Source of the DNA: Azolla caroliniana
Taxonomy: Eukaryota > Plantae > Polypodiophyta
Reading direction: 5' to 3'
Assembly: GCA_043228905.1 (NCBI GenBank)
Contig: JBHGNT010000003.1
Span: 24,366,001 to 24,430,000, forward strand
Length of the DNA stretch: 64,000 nt
Shown: positions 1 to 14,800 of the stretch, one piece after another
Position numbering within the stretch: position 1 is the stretch's first letter
Layout of the letters: each line of letters starts with the position of its first letter
Notes under the pieces: model-generated
What the model was told of the DNA's origin: nothing
Seen by the model: the letters and a program-made list of their open reading frames with translations, nothing else
The model's database searches: none
Program-made: the position numbers and the translations under genes

Positions 1-2822
1 TCTGATTGAATGTTGTAATTATATTTGATCCCTGTATTCATCGATGCTGATGAATCCAAATCAATTCAGGGAAAATATCGTGAGTATCTTCAGATGTTAT
101 GCATGAATGGGCTTGGTTGTACCTTGTACCTAGAATAGTTTAGGATTATTTTTTGTGAAGCGTTATTATGCCAAATAGATTTCTTGCTTGGTTTATGGAT
201 AGAGTTAACTATCCAAGGCCTACTGTGTGAAGATACAATAATTGGTATGGAAAATTCACGTTTGTTCAAAGGCAAATAATTCAACAATATTATACAAGAC
301 TAGGAACTATACATTGTAACAGATCCATTAAGATTATTTTTGTGAAATTATGTTTTGACAAATAATTGCCACAATTACATTTTTTCTTATTGTGAAATAA
401 AATGTACCATGGAGAGGATCACCATCAATTTTGCGTTCTAGATTATTCAATGGGTAGGCATAAGAATGTGCAGTTTTTTTCCCTTTTTATTTTTTTATCA
501 TTTTCCTATTTAAATTCTGATTGTACCTCTAATGTTTTCCAAGATTGATTATTATGGATGATTAAACTTTGAATGGTTTACACTTGCTGCAGTCTACAGA
601 GGCTTAGGATTATTTCACTTGCATATTGTATTGTTAGAAGGGCTCACCTATACCCGCAACATAATTCTTTTGCTAGTAGAGTTTTGTTTGTAGGGTATGA
701 TTTAATTGAGAATTAAACATGTACGACAAAGTAATGATGAGATTGTATAATGTTTTAAACTTTTTATTCAATATTTCAAAGTCACTTGAAATATGGCCAT
801 TGCTATGAATTGAAAAAACTTCAAATTTGACCAAGGTGTATGTGTCATGTTGTAAGGATTTCCCTTGCATATATTGTGAACCTCTCACTTCTCCAAATTC
901 TCATGAAAAATGGCCATTTTGTTTTGTTTTGATCATTGCTTTCAAGAGTTTGATGTAGTCAATATATTAAATTCAATTAAATTACACTCATTTCCTTTAT
1001 GATGGCACATGCCAAGAGTTTAGTTCATTTTATACTTGTCTTTGATTGTAGTGCGAGCAAGTTGATGTTGGATCCTATTTCATATGCTTGATTTGTTGGA
1101 TGTATATACATACATACATGTATGTATGTGGTTTGGATTTTGGTTGCATTGCTGCTATTGAAAAGATGGAAGCAGAATTTATTTATTCTTAGAAGACATT
1201 CCCAAATGTGGTCAACTCTCTTTTGAAAGTGTTATTGCTTTGGGCTCATTAATTTTAAGTTTGCATAAATGTATATGCTATGGTTGGTGGTTGAATATGC
1301 TTTCTGGACTCTTTTCATTGATTTCGATTGACATAGTTTGATCATATTTGGAATTGATTTATCGTTGAAGCTACAAGTTATCTACTTCAATTAGTCATTA
1401 GGATTGTTCTTAATGCAAATGAAGGATAATTTTAATCTACATCCCATGATGATGATGATGTTAATACTGCAAAACAAAAGCTTTACCACCAATGGCAATG
1501 AATACAATCAATGATTAAGACCATGTTTTGATGTAATACTTTCAAGGTGGCAAAATAAGTTTGTGTTTTTAATAAAACGAGATTTTAATATATTGAAATC
1601 ATCATTTTCTAGAACATGATGTCTTATTACCCAACAAGAAGCCTAGATTCAGATTCTTCGTTTTTCCAATTAATAAAGGCTACCCAATGATAAATGTATA
1701 GCCAACAATTTGAGGTTTTTTGGTTGCAATGAGATTTGATGTGAGGCAATGCATAAATGCAACTGTCAAGTGTTAATTAGTATTTGTGCAACCTCCTTTC
1801 AACTTAGATTGCAATGCATTGAAAATGTACCCACTTATATGATGTACAACAAACAATCCTTTCACTGATGCTCAATAAAGGTTGGCTGAATACTTGGAAT
1901 AGATGAGTGAAAACACTTAAAGTTCACTTGCTTTCCTTCCTAAACCCCAACATAATTCTCATTCATTCCAATTAGTTGTTAATTCATGCAAAATTTGGAT
2001 AATTTTGTCCTTCTTTGGTGATAGAGATGTTAGAGACGTTTCAACTTGCACAGACTAGCATAGAAGAAAGCCATACCAAAGAGACAAACCTTACACGTTG
2101 ACGTCGAGATATTCAACTTCACCAAGTCCAAGCTGGAGACAATAGGGGAACTATTAAAACCTATACATAGTTAATTCGAATCTAAATGGGAATCCAAGGT
2201 AGGGGCAAGATGATAGTAGTGGACAATGCAAAATGATAGAGAAAGCTCGTTCTGATCCTGCTCTCGCTTCATCCATCGATCTGACCGAATGTCCTGGCGA
2301 AACTCGTGCATTTTCATTCGTATATCTGTTTCAGACCCGCATGAAGGTTGCAAGAACCAACTGTAAATGGCCTTGTATTGGTCATCTAAGTTCTCATTGT
2401 TTCTTTGAATTACACACACAGAGGAGAGGAGAGGGTATTCTTGGAAATTCTAAAAGCTCAGAGAAACATTCTGCCTCTCCAGAGGATTTTTCTTTATTTA
2501 TTTTTGTTGGCGGGAAACATTAGAAGAAGAAGGACCCATCGCTAGCAGAGAGTAGAAACAGCAGGGAAGGAGAAAAAGGAGCGTAGAAGTAGAACGGATC
2601 CATTGCTCACAGAAGGCAGCAACAGCAGCAGCAGCAGAAGAAGAAGAATCAGAAAAGGTGTAATTACGAATAAGAAAAAGGTCTAGAAGAAATCGCTGAA
2701 GACGAAACAGAAGAAGCGTAGCTGGAGCCGAATAAGAAAGAACAGCTGAAGCTGGAGAATCGAAGAAGCAGCTGAAAAGGAACAAGATTTAGAAGAATCC
2801 TAGGGAAGAAAGAGAGGGAGCC

Positions 2823-5800
2823 ATGGAGTCGAAGCGAAAGACCACACCGCTTTCCAGCTCTGTCCCTCCTTCCAAACGTGTGCATGGAAATCTTCAGTCT
2901 CCTCCTGTGCCATCTAAGCCTACGAGCATCATTGCTGGAGGAGAAGAAGAGGAAGAAGAAGGGGATGTTGATGTGTTCATGGAAGAGCTTCTGTTGCGAG
3001 ATGAAGAGCTACGAGAATCTGGCATAGAGGGTCTCACATCTCGTCTCTCTAAGTGGAGGCGTCCTTCTCTTGGGCAAGACGTGCAAAAACACAATATTGG
3101 TATGTCTTTGGATTCAGTTTCAAGATTCTTCTTTTTTATAGAAACGAACATGTCTGAAGCTCACATTTATAAGTTTTGAGGTTGATTTTGACCATGCTGT
3201 ATGATAATCATAGCTTAAAAGCTCACCAAGCTCACCAAGGCCATTGTTGTTGGGAAATAAGATTACTTATAGATGTGTCATTCAAGTCAATCTTTATTGT
3301 TCTTCATGATAGTCAACTGCTGAGAAATTCTCTCGTTCTAACTATTTTTTGGTAGCTTGGATACTATATCATTTTGGCAGGTGTTTAGGTTGAAATTATC
3401 ATGATCGTTGTGCCTCCCTCTCTATCTGTTATATTGTACGAGGCATTTTATGCATTTGTTGTTCATGATCTATGAGGAGTCAGATTGTAGTTCAGTTTAA
3501 AATGTGCCTTTTCTCAATAGTAAGGTACATGGACATCTTATCCACCCATGTGGATGGCCTAGAACTTGCTAATTCCTCCTTTCTATCAGTTACTATGCAC
3601 AGGATTTTGGATGTTCCCTATAAATCGTTATATTTGCTAAGGAGTTTGGGTTAAATAACCAAGAAATGTCATTTAAGTCTCTCAATAAAGTATATTTTCC
3701 TGAAAAACTCTTTCCTCCTTGTGCTGCTTGCTTATCCAGTTTTTCAACAGCTTGATATTGACTACATTATTGGAGAAAGTAATAAGAAGCTAACTCCTCA
3801 GAGATCTGGTCCAGTGGCAATATTAAGAATGTTTGGCGTCACTGGGGAAGGTAAGCTCACTGTCACTGCTAGCACTGTAATCATTTTCATGCATATATTT
3901 TCGTTATAATTTGAATCATATTTTGTTTGCAGGTCACAGCGTCTGCTGTCATATCCATGGCTTTCAGCCTTACTTTTATATAAGCTGTTTGGATGGCATG
4001 GGCCCAGATGATATTCCTAAATTTAGACATGTGCTAGAGGTTAGTATTAAACATGTATTTTCTGGTCTCAGGATGTATAATGGTGTCGACAAAACAACCT
4101 TACACGTTATCATACTATCTGTTAGGCAAAGATGAGGGAATCCAGTAGAAGCAGCAAGTCTCCAGTTTTTATAACTAATGTGGAAATAGTTCATAAGAGA
4201 AGTCTGATGTACTTCCAGCTCCAAAAATCACGCCCTTTCTTCAAAATAACTGTAGCTCTTCCAACAATGGTAGCTACTTGTAGAGGTCAGTAACTTGATA
4301 TGCTAATTCACATATTTTTATTTCTCCTATTGCTGAGATCTGATGGTTACAATGCTAAGACCACGTGCTTGTACTTACCATTTTTCTTGTATCCCATAGA
4401 TTAAGCGTCTAGCATAATTGCAATTGAAAAATAAAATTTTACTGTGTATATAGATTGGTAACTGTATATGCACACTGACACATACGCCTTTATAGGCTTA
4501 GGCATACACATGCAATGCACACATGATCTGTTTCGATAGTAATACATTATTGGTCAATATTACACAAATGTGACATGAGTGCTCTATATCCAATGTGAAG
4601 TGGAAAAACTCGCTGATGCAGGTCAACTATAGGTGTAAACCAGAAAATTTAAACAAGTGGAATAAGGGGCTCTTACTTGGCTTCAAAAGATCTTATGAAG
4701 TTTTCTTTCTTGATGTGGCTGAAATAGTCCAATCTTCTACATGTGCTTTTGCATCTCTGAGTTTTCTTCTCTAATTCTATTAGGAATTAATAAATTGACC
4801 TTGATTTTGACCTGCTATGTGCCTGGAACCAATTTCTCAGTCAAGGAGCTTATATTTGAAGTATTTGGTGTGTTTCCCATCAATGCGATTCACAAGGTCT
4901 ACAGGCTGCTAGATTTTTATCATAAAATAGGCTCTAATCTAAAGTCATGTTTTTCCACAGGTATCTTGGAGAGGGGCTTATCAATCGATGGTTTAGGCCA
5001 AAAGTGTTTTGTTACTTATGAAAGCAATGTTTTGTTCGCATTGAGATTTATGATAGACTGTGATATCGTTGGTGGAAACTGGATTGAATTGAAGGCTGGA
5101 ATGTACTATGACACAGAAAGAAAATTGTCTCACTGTCAGCTTGAAGTTGATTTGCTGTATCCTTGCTTGTCGTGACATCTATTGCATCCCAGTTCTCTCT
5201 TTATTTCTGTAGGATTAGTCTGTGAACAGGAGGAATTAAAACATGTCTAGGTTGTACATGTGAGCTCTTGCGCCCTGGCTCAGGTTGGCCCCTTGTTTTG
5301 CCAGTTAGGCAGCAGGACTCTGCGTAGATAATTCAATATATGTCTATCATTAATTTCTTGTAAACTTAATAAAGAGATTGATATCTGTGCTATTGATCAG
5401 TTCCATTGATAGGCTATAGCTGTATTTCAACATTAAGGTCTCGTGGAATTGATTTCAACTTTTCCAGTCTACAATATTCAGCTTAGAAGAGTGCAGTTAA
5501 TGCTGAGGTTGTGTTTTGAAACACTACTTGATTTTATTTGCATGGAATTTGTAAAGAACCTCCTTAACAGAATATAGATACAACAATCTGATAAGTCATA
5601 GTCCTGTGGGACAATATTCAAAAATGGCTCCATTTCGTATTTTGAGTTTTGACATTGAGTGCGCAGGCAGGAAGGGCCATTTTCCTGAGCCAGAACATGA
5701 TCCTGTTATTCAGGTGCTCTAAATTTGATTTCCATAAGAGAGTGTTCATTGAAAAAATATTGAATGCTGCTCTTTTTATGAATTTATTGTTTATTAACTC

Positions 5801-8800
5801 TGCTGTATCTATGTTCGCAGATTGCTAATCTAGTAACTATTCAAGGGGAAGACCGGCCAAAAGTTCGAAATGTAATGACCTTAAATTCATGCTCACCAAT
5901 TGTAGGTGTGGATGTAATGTCATTTGAGTCAGAAAGGGAAGTGTTACTAGCATGGAGGGTATGGTCTTTGATTCTAGAGTTTATAATTAAAATTTGGTAA
6001 TTTGTTACTGGTTTAAGACACCCTTGATTGATGCAATGAAGTCATGTAGGATCTTGTTCGGGAAGTAGATCCAGATATTATCATTGGTTACAACATTTGC
6101 AAATTTGACTTGCCATACCTGATTGAGGTGCTTATTTGGCTTTCTACTTTCCTGTCATTGATTTGAATATCACTACTAGAGGAAGGCACTCTTCCTCCAG
6201 GCTCCAAGTTTATTAATATTCATGATTCAAGGAAAACCTTGTAAAATTAGCAGATTTTTTACACAAAATGTTCTTTATTTGCTGGAAAATAATCATAACT
6301 TCTCTTTTTCAAAATTTCAGAGAGCTGAGACTTTAAAGATTGTGGAATTTCCTATCTTAGGTCGAATCAGAAATAGTCGGGTTCGGATCAAGGACACATC
6401 ATTTTCTTCAAGGTATAGTAAACCTGGCTCAAATTTTCTCATCTGCATAGGTATTTACCGAGACATGTGTTTCTGCAAAATGATATGTGCAATTTGGCAT
6501 GCAGTTCATTTGTGCTTCTCAGCAATTCTGTAACTTAGTATGAATGCAATTATTTTTTAAAGATTGCAATTGTACCATGTAGTCTTCTTTTGAGTAATAA
6601 CATTGACACATATACTCATGATAAATACAAGAATTGCTAGGATTCTTTGACAAAAGAAAGCTGCCATGCAAATGATTGTCTTAGGGTATCTTTTTGCATC
6701 ACAAACATATGCCAATGCCATATTAATTATTTGAAATTTGTTTATCCAACATTTATTTTGCCATTTGGGAAAGGGCCTTTCTTGTATGCACATAATGTAA
6801 TGAAGTTTGCATGTAGATTGATTACAATGGTGATGAACATTTAATGTACGAATGTTTTGACAGTAGCTTACCTGGATGTATGCATCCCATAAAATGTTGT
6901 TTTGGCACCATCCTTAGGTTTCATGTTGCATAGACCTTAAATGCAGCATATTTCAGGATTCTGTAATTAAATAGGAGTGCAGCCTTTTTATGCCTATGCA
7001 TAAAATACTGGAAAAGTAGATGAGATCTACCACCCAATCATAGGCCCTTCCGACTGTTATTGGACCGTTAAGTAATGTGGTGTGAACATCCTTAAACCAG
7101 TCTTAGTCATCTATTACAAATCCCAGCGTCTATTAAGGAAACACCTATTAAGGAAATTTTCTTCCCTGAAAATGGAATCAGAGTAATGTATGTACAGAGG
7201 AAAACACCTTTGCAAGTATAACCCTCATCAAGATAATCATGCCATTTAACTAAAGCTTAAGGCATTCTGGATCATCACATTCTTTTAACTTGATATTCTA
7301 GTATTTTTCCTGTTCAATAGGGAGAATTAGAGGTTCAGTGTGATCTACAATCTTGTCATCATCCTCAATCTTCTTTCAGAAGGCATGGTGCATGTTACAA
7401 GTAGTTTGGCTTGTAACAATCTTACCAATGTCGAAATAGCAAAACTGGCTGTAAAACCATGAATTTAACTTTAGTGTAAAGCGTCTCCATATTCAAGGAC
7501 TTCTGACAATGGCAGCTCGTGGCTTGGCAACTGTAGATTGTCCAACTGTGATGTTGGTTGCTAATGGAATGATGACTGTTTAGCATGCAGCTGCTGGTGC
7601 AAAACTCAACAGGCTGCAGATAACATGCATCAATGCATTTGCCACATAAACTACATAACATGCCACTTTTATGAGATAAGACTAACTCCAAAGATGGTCT
7701 TTATAACATGTCCCTTTCAAAAAATAGGGTAGCATTTCTAGGATCTCTCCGAATTATTGGGTTGCTAGCTATAGCCACATGGGCATTTGGCTAATAAGAG
7801 ACCCCCTGAACCATCTACTGAAACTATGGTGTTGCAATGCTGTGGAACTCTTGACATGTACTTATTCCAACCTATGTAAAGTCCTTACAATCGTTAAGTT
7901 TCGATATGCTGAAACAAATGAAGTATTTTTGGATATTCTTTTAAGCAAGCCCTTATTGGTTTTAGGCAGTATGGTACCAGAGAGAGCAAAGAGATAACAA
8001 TTGAAGGACGTGTGCAGTTTGACCTTCTTCAGGTACTTCTGAGAGTTTTGTGGGAATCCAGACTTGATCACTTTCTGCAATTGTTAACTAATACTCCAAA
8101 TAAAATATGACTGTATAGGTTATGCAACGGGATTACAAACTAAGTTCCTATTCATTAAACTCGGTTTCTGCTCACTTTCTAGGAGAACAGGTGCTGCACT
8201 TGTGCACTAATGATGCTCTGCTATATATATCTGCTCAGGTGTTAACCAAATAGGACTCTTGTGATGCTTCTTTCTGATTGAAAGTAAATTTCTTTGATGG
8301 TACAGAAAGAGGATGTTCATCACTCCATAATTTCTGATCTTCAAAATGGGAATCCAGAAACTAGAAGAAGGTTGGCTGTCTATTGTTTGAAGGTAAACAT
8401 GTTATCGTCAACACTGTAAAGATGGACACAGCTTTTGACATTGTATGTGTTTGTTAATATTTTGTTGATTCTTAATGTGGTTGCATGATTTTTTATCCAT
8501 GATGGGTTAAACATTTGGTGTTCTCATTTGCTTTTTGTGTTTACAAATGTACCTTCATCTCTCTCGCTCTGTCTGTCTGTCTCTGTTTCTCTCTCTCTCT
8601 ATATGTATCACCCACTCTCTTTAGTCTCTCTTTCATAGAGAGATCGGGGGGGGGGGGGGGGGGGGGGTTTGGGAGCATGCCTAGTGGGTATATCTATACA
8701 AATACTATATGCTGATGATATTGTGTTGATTTCTGACTCTCTGGAGGGACTACAAAGACATCTAAATGTGCACATTTGCAGGTTCAAGAGCCAAGAACTA

Positions 8801-11800
8801 AGTTGTTTTTATTTGATACACCAACTCGTCTCGATGGAGTAAAAACGTGGGGACTGAATCTTAGCAAGGCAAATCATTGGGACTCGTCTCTATGGAGTAA
8901 AAACGTGCCAATGATTGCCCACATGATAAGGAGCAAAGCATCAGTGCCCATGATATAATTTGGGGAGAGATGGGAGCAGACCCAATAATCATTGAGACCT
9001 GTATCCAACGTCTTTGGGTGCTTCCTAAACGAAGGTACTCAAGTTTGGCACTTATGTCATCAAGACAACTTGCTGAAAATGGAAACATTCATTGTTAGTA
9101 TGCTGAAATGCAGCAATGGTTTGAGTCACATGGCATATGCATAAATCCACTACCCTTGTTCCAATATAGCTTGGACTGTCCCTATCTAAACATGACCAAA
9201 GTGGAAAAGAATAGAGTGATCTGAACTGATATTATTAACTTGGAAAACAAGATAATATGGATCAGCCCCAAAATATTAGTTGGTACGAAGATTGCCCACT
9301 ACAAGACACATGTTTAACGCACATTGGAGGATGGATTCATCATCAGACCACCATATATGGACATACATCTCTCCTATGTGTTGCAAACTTCATCACATCA
9401 GTTAGAGATTGAGGTAGGCAGATATACACGAATACCTTAAGAAGAATGAATTTGCCAATTGTGTCATCAAGGAGTGGAATCCGAAGAACACTAAGTTTGT
9501 CATTGCAGTGTCTTTTATGAAATAAGAGGGAGAGATACCATTGCTTCTTTAAACAAGGCTTTGGCCCACTAGGACTTTTCCCACTAGAACTCAAGAGACG
9601 TAAGGAAAAGTTGATGAAGGACAATAGTACAACCACACAAGCTCATTCACAAAGAACAATCACAACTTTTTTTTAGCCCCATCACTCCTACTAATGTTCC
9701 AAGTCAATCAAGGGTTACATAAATGGGCTTCCGAGGAGGACATTAGAAAGGGGTTACAATAGATTGGGTAGTTGCAATTTATCGTGCTGTACGCCATGGG
9801 CCCATGGACCATGACCTCAGCACCCTTGTCATCGATAGATAAAGACCATTATCTCCCTTCTCGATCAACCTATGCTAGAGATCTTCAGAAGACAAAAGTT
9901 ATAATATATCTAACTTGCATGTGCTGAAAAACCAGATTCTTTAGTCTCTTTTCATCTTATTACTTTTATATTTACTCAGTAATATTTATTCTATTTTGAT
10001 TTGTTGTTCTCAAAGACGAGACAACACTTAAGATGTAATCTCTTGTTTGGTCTTATAGGCCATTGTGGCCTCTTAAAAGATGTCAATATATCTTTTCATC
10101 TTATTTACTTTTATACTTACTCAGTAATATTTATTTTATTTTGATTTTGTTGCTCTCAAAGACGAGACAACACATATGTAATCTCGTGTTAGGGTTTACA
10201 GGCTGATCTCCAGGCCAGTCTTCTGCTAGTTTATTTTCATATCCTTGATTTTGCATATCAATTTTATATGTCAAATGACTTTTCTTTTAGATTTCCTGCA
10301 TTGAGCAATTGTATGTGTAGTACCAATAATTACTTTTTTTATGCAGGATGCGTATTTGCCCCAGAGACTGTTAGATAAACTAATGTTCATATATAATTAC
10401 ATTGAGATGGCACGCGTGACAGGTGTTCCTATTTCCTTTCTTCTTGCGCGTGGGCAAAGTATAAAGGTATTTGTAATAAACTTCAATGTTTTTGTTTTGG
10501 GTTCTACGGAAGAAGCACGTGACCTATATTCTGAACCATGCAGGTGTTATCCCAAATACTCAGGAAATCTAAGCAGAAAAATCTTCTTCTTCCCAATGTA
10601 AAAGGGCAGGCATCTGGTCATGAAACATTTGAAGGTGCAACGGTAAGTAAGATGCCATTATCTATCTCTCTTTCTGGCATGCCTTTTCCATTTAGAGATG
10701 TTAATGCATATTTCATTTCCTGTATTTTGTTATCCGCCTTTCAGTTGTTCTATCATTGTACTGATTGAGATTTCAAATTGATGCTAATTTTTCTTCTTAT
10801 TCTTTTATGAGTATGAAATGAATATATGCAGATGTGCATGTATAGGGGTCCTATTATTTTCTATAATAGAATTTCAAATTTTGATGTTCGTGCAATTGGA
10901 TAGCATCAAGAAAATCATTAGGTTCTCTGCTAAATGTAGATGTTTACCTAATTGGGCCATGGTTTAGAGTATTAATGTATGAATTATACACTTTAAAGAA
11001 TGTTGAGGAATATACATCACAAAATTCAATATGACATACAGTAACTTATTGGGCTCATACCAGAGAAATTGTGCCCCCAGAAATTACTGCATGTTATGAG
11101 ATTTTACTGATATATTCCTTAAAAATGTGATGCCGGAATATTTGAATTGCTATTTTGATCAAATTTAAATTCATTATGACTTTTTCATTTGTTACTCTAA
11201 TCTAACTCTGCAAGTTAATGGCTGTAAATTATCATTTTCTATAATAGGTATTAGAAGCCAAGTCAGGATTTTATGAGAAACCAATTGCAACTCTTGATTT
11301 TGCCTCGTTGTACCCATCCATAATGATGGCCTACAATCTCTGCTATTGTACATTGGTAAGATTTCTGTTTACTGCCATTGCAACTCCTTCCTTGTCTTTG
11401 GTGTGTTTATGAATTGTATTTCTAAGATAATCTAGTTAAAACCAGATTCGACCAGAAGATTTGGGAAAATTAAACCTTGCACCAGAGCATATTTCAAAGA
11501 CACCATCGGGGGAAATGTTTGTTAAGCCTGCTCTAGAGAAGGTGCTCCTCATGGATGAAAATTGCTTCAATGTTATGATATTTGTTTGCATTGACATAAA
11601 CCATTTTCAGGGAATATTGCCGGAGATTCTTGAAGAGTTATTGGCAGCTCGCAAAAGGGCTAAGGCAGACTTAAAGGTTTGATGATTTTACCATTTTTAT
11701 TTAGTGTTTTTGGACAGGATGTCACTTCATGTTTGCCTTCTTTCCAGGAAGCCACAGATCCTTTGGAAAAAGCTGTGCTCGATGGTCGTCAGCTGGCTTT

Positions 11801-14800
11801 AAAGGTGCTTTAAAGGTGTTTTATGTATAGAGGAATACCGAACAGAATATACACAACGCACAACTGGTGTTTGTCTTGTCCATTTGGATAGGTGATCATA
11901 GTGTAGTTGTATAATGAAGTGAGTAGTTTTTTTTCCCTTGAAAGGAACTAATTGCTAAATCAGCTCGTAAAGGTTTTTGAGAATTTTGGTACACCTCAAA
12001 GAGACCATGGCAGCAGTCTCAGCAAAATACCGATGGAGCTAATTGTTTAAACATCTTGTAAAGGGTTTAAAGGATTTTGAGAAATTTGGTAATTTTGTAG
12101 CATCTTTGAGCAAGGAATCTGGAGTACTCTCAGCAAAATACTTACAGAGCTAATTGCTAAAACAGATTGTAAAGTTTTTTGAGAATCTGATCTTTGTGTA
12201 GTATTTCTGAGCAAGAGAGCATGAGAGTAGTAGCATTGACAAAATACCTTGAACTGTGCATCAAACATTCAACATTGATGTTTGGTTGTGTTGCAGGTCA
12301 GTGCAAATTCTGTTTATGGATTTACAGGTGCAACAATTGGACAACTCCCATGCCTTGAAATATCTAGTAGTGTCACAAGCTATGGTAAGTCTTGTTTGAT
12401 CCCTGTGAAATGAATTAGGCCATATATCTGATGTTGTTTATGTTTCAGGTAGACAAATGATTGAGCACACCAAGAAATTAGTAGAAGATCGCTTTAATTT
12501 GAAAAATGGATACCAGTATGATGCTGAGGTAAACTATTTATATTTGTGTGGAATGATTTTAACAAGAACTTGTGAAGAATTTGTGAAAGATTCTGCTACC
12601 AATGTAGGTGGTTTATGGGGATACAGATTCTGTGATGGTACGGTTTGGTGTTCCTGATGTTGACCAGGCTATGAAGTTAGGAAAGGAAGCTGCAGATCTT
12701 ATAAGTGGAACTTTCACAAAGGTATAACTTATTTAACTGAAAAATAGTTTCCAATACACAGCTGCTCATAAGGTGCTCTTTTCATAAGCCTGTCTTCAAG
12801 TAATTAATTATAATATAGGGAAAACTATACACCATGGTCCCTACATAGTTGATACTGTCAGAAATACTACACTACATTTAATTCTAAGCAAAACTCTTTA
12901 TTGAATGATCTTTTACAGCCAATAAAGCTGGAATTTGAGAAAGTTTACTTTCCATATTTGCTTATTAGCAAGAAGAGATATGCTGGACTCCTTTGGACGA
13001 AACCAGAGGCTTATGACAAAATGGATACCAAAGGTATACTGATTTCTGGTTAGAAGTGTGGCTTGTTTTTGTTCTTAATGATGTCATTCATTGGTCCTAT
13101 GTTGTTCAAACATTGCATAACAGTTCAAACGGTTATATCACATCTAGTCATCATTAAACTGTGTGCTACTGTAACATATTTATGCAGAACGATGCAAGCA
13201 ATGGTTTAGCTGCACAGAAACTGACAATCAAGTCTTTACTTTCTGTGTGTTAAATAGAGCATCTAGATTTAACAAATCATATCTGGTAGGACAATTTAGA
13301 AGAAAATGCTTACTCTAAATTATCTGAATGTATCATTGGTCAATACGAGTATGTATGTTATTCTGGTGATGTAAACTAAAATTTCCATGCTTATATCACT
13401 TGTTGCAGGCATGTCCAATTTCTTTGTAAAATTGTAGAAGCAAGTATTGTAGAAAAACCCCATGTGACCTATTTACAAACTTCATTTGGATAAAATTTGT
13501 CAGGCTCCACTGTTTACAAAACATGCTTCTATCTGCAGGTATTGAAACAGTACGAAGAGACAATTGCTTGCTGGTGAAAAATGTGGTCACAGAATGCTTG
13601 AACAAGATACTCATTGAGAGGAATGTTCAAGGTGCAATTCAATATGTAAAGAATACAATAGCAGACTTGTTGATGAATCGTATGGACCTTTCTCTGCTGG
13701 TCATTACAAAGGTGATTCTTGTCATGGGATTACATAATTCTTCTGCTATTATACAAATCTAAAGAATTTCGTGGTCTCCTGGTGATTGTATCTCCATTCC
13801 ATAGTGACTGATCAAATGTAAGCAGAAAAAATAGGTTCTAATATGAACCTTATAAAAACAGGGCCTCACAAAAACTGGAGATGATTATGCAGTAAAAGCT
13901 GCACATGTGGAGCTTGCAGAACGAATGCGCAAGGTGATTATTTGGGATTGTTTGAAAGAAAATTTTAAGAGAAATTGAAAGTTCAATCATATGAGAATAG
14001 TTTTGTCCCTTAACCTGCATTATCTGAGACTGCTCACTTTTCATGTGTAGAGAGATGCAGCAACAGCTCCTTCAGTAGGCGATCGTGTACCATATGTTAT
14101 AATTAAAGCTGCAAAAGGTGCCAAGGTATGTTTTCCTTCAAAATTTCGAGAACTGCTCTCATCTTCATCTGGACATTGTATATTCCCATCTTTATATTTG
14201 TAACTTACAGGCTTATGAGAAATCAGAAGATCCGATATATGTTCTTGAGAACAACATGCCGATTGATGCACAATATTATTTGGAAAACCAGCTGAGCAAG
14301 GTGTTTTAACTTCATTTTTTGTTTAGTTATGGAAGATGGTTGCTTTTAGCGTGACATTATTTTGTGACTGTTACTTGTTTGGGACATTTTGCATTTTTTT
14401 GCGTTGAACAAAGTAGAGGCATGTCCCTTGGACTCGTCACTCAACTATGAGATCCAGGAAGGAACAATGCTGAGAAATACTTATATTTTGATTGTCACGT
14501 CAAGAAAATTATATTGCAAGCAGCCTACAGAGCCATCAAAACTATATATATGTTATATAATTATATAGAGTGATGTAAATAGGTTGCTATAAATGTTAGT
14601 GTTAAGCGACGGACTCAGGGATGATTAGAACAAAATCACCTTATATACCTTTGAATTAGAGGCATTCATGAGTGGATTCATGATTTAATGAAAACATTAA
14701 TTGCTCCCGAGTTTTTTGATAAGAAACAACTTTTCTCGATGTCTGCCCTTCACTGGGGTCATGGTTCAGTCAAGGAGTCGTGATTTAAGAAACTTAATTC

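Noticed and set aside
1-2200. Possible exons of an upstream gene
   Set aside because: AT-rich and intron-like, with no recognisable peptide or consistent splice frame.
8646-8667. Poly-G tract (also ~50379-50391) as a functional G-quadruplex
   Set aside because: A simple homopolymer beside microsatellites, with no supporting evidence and unreliable length.
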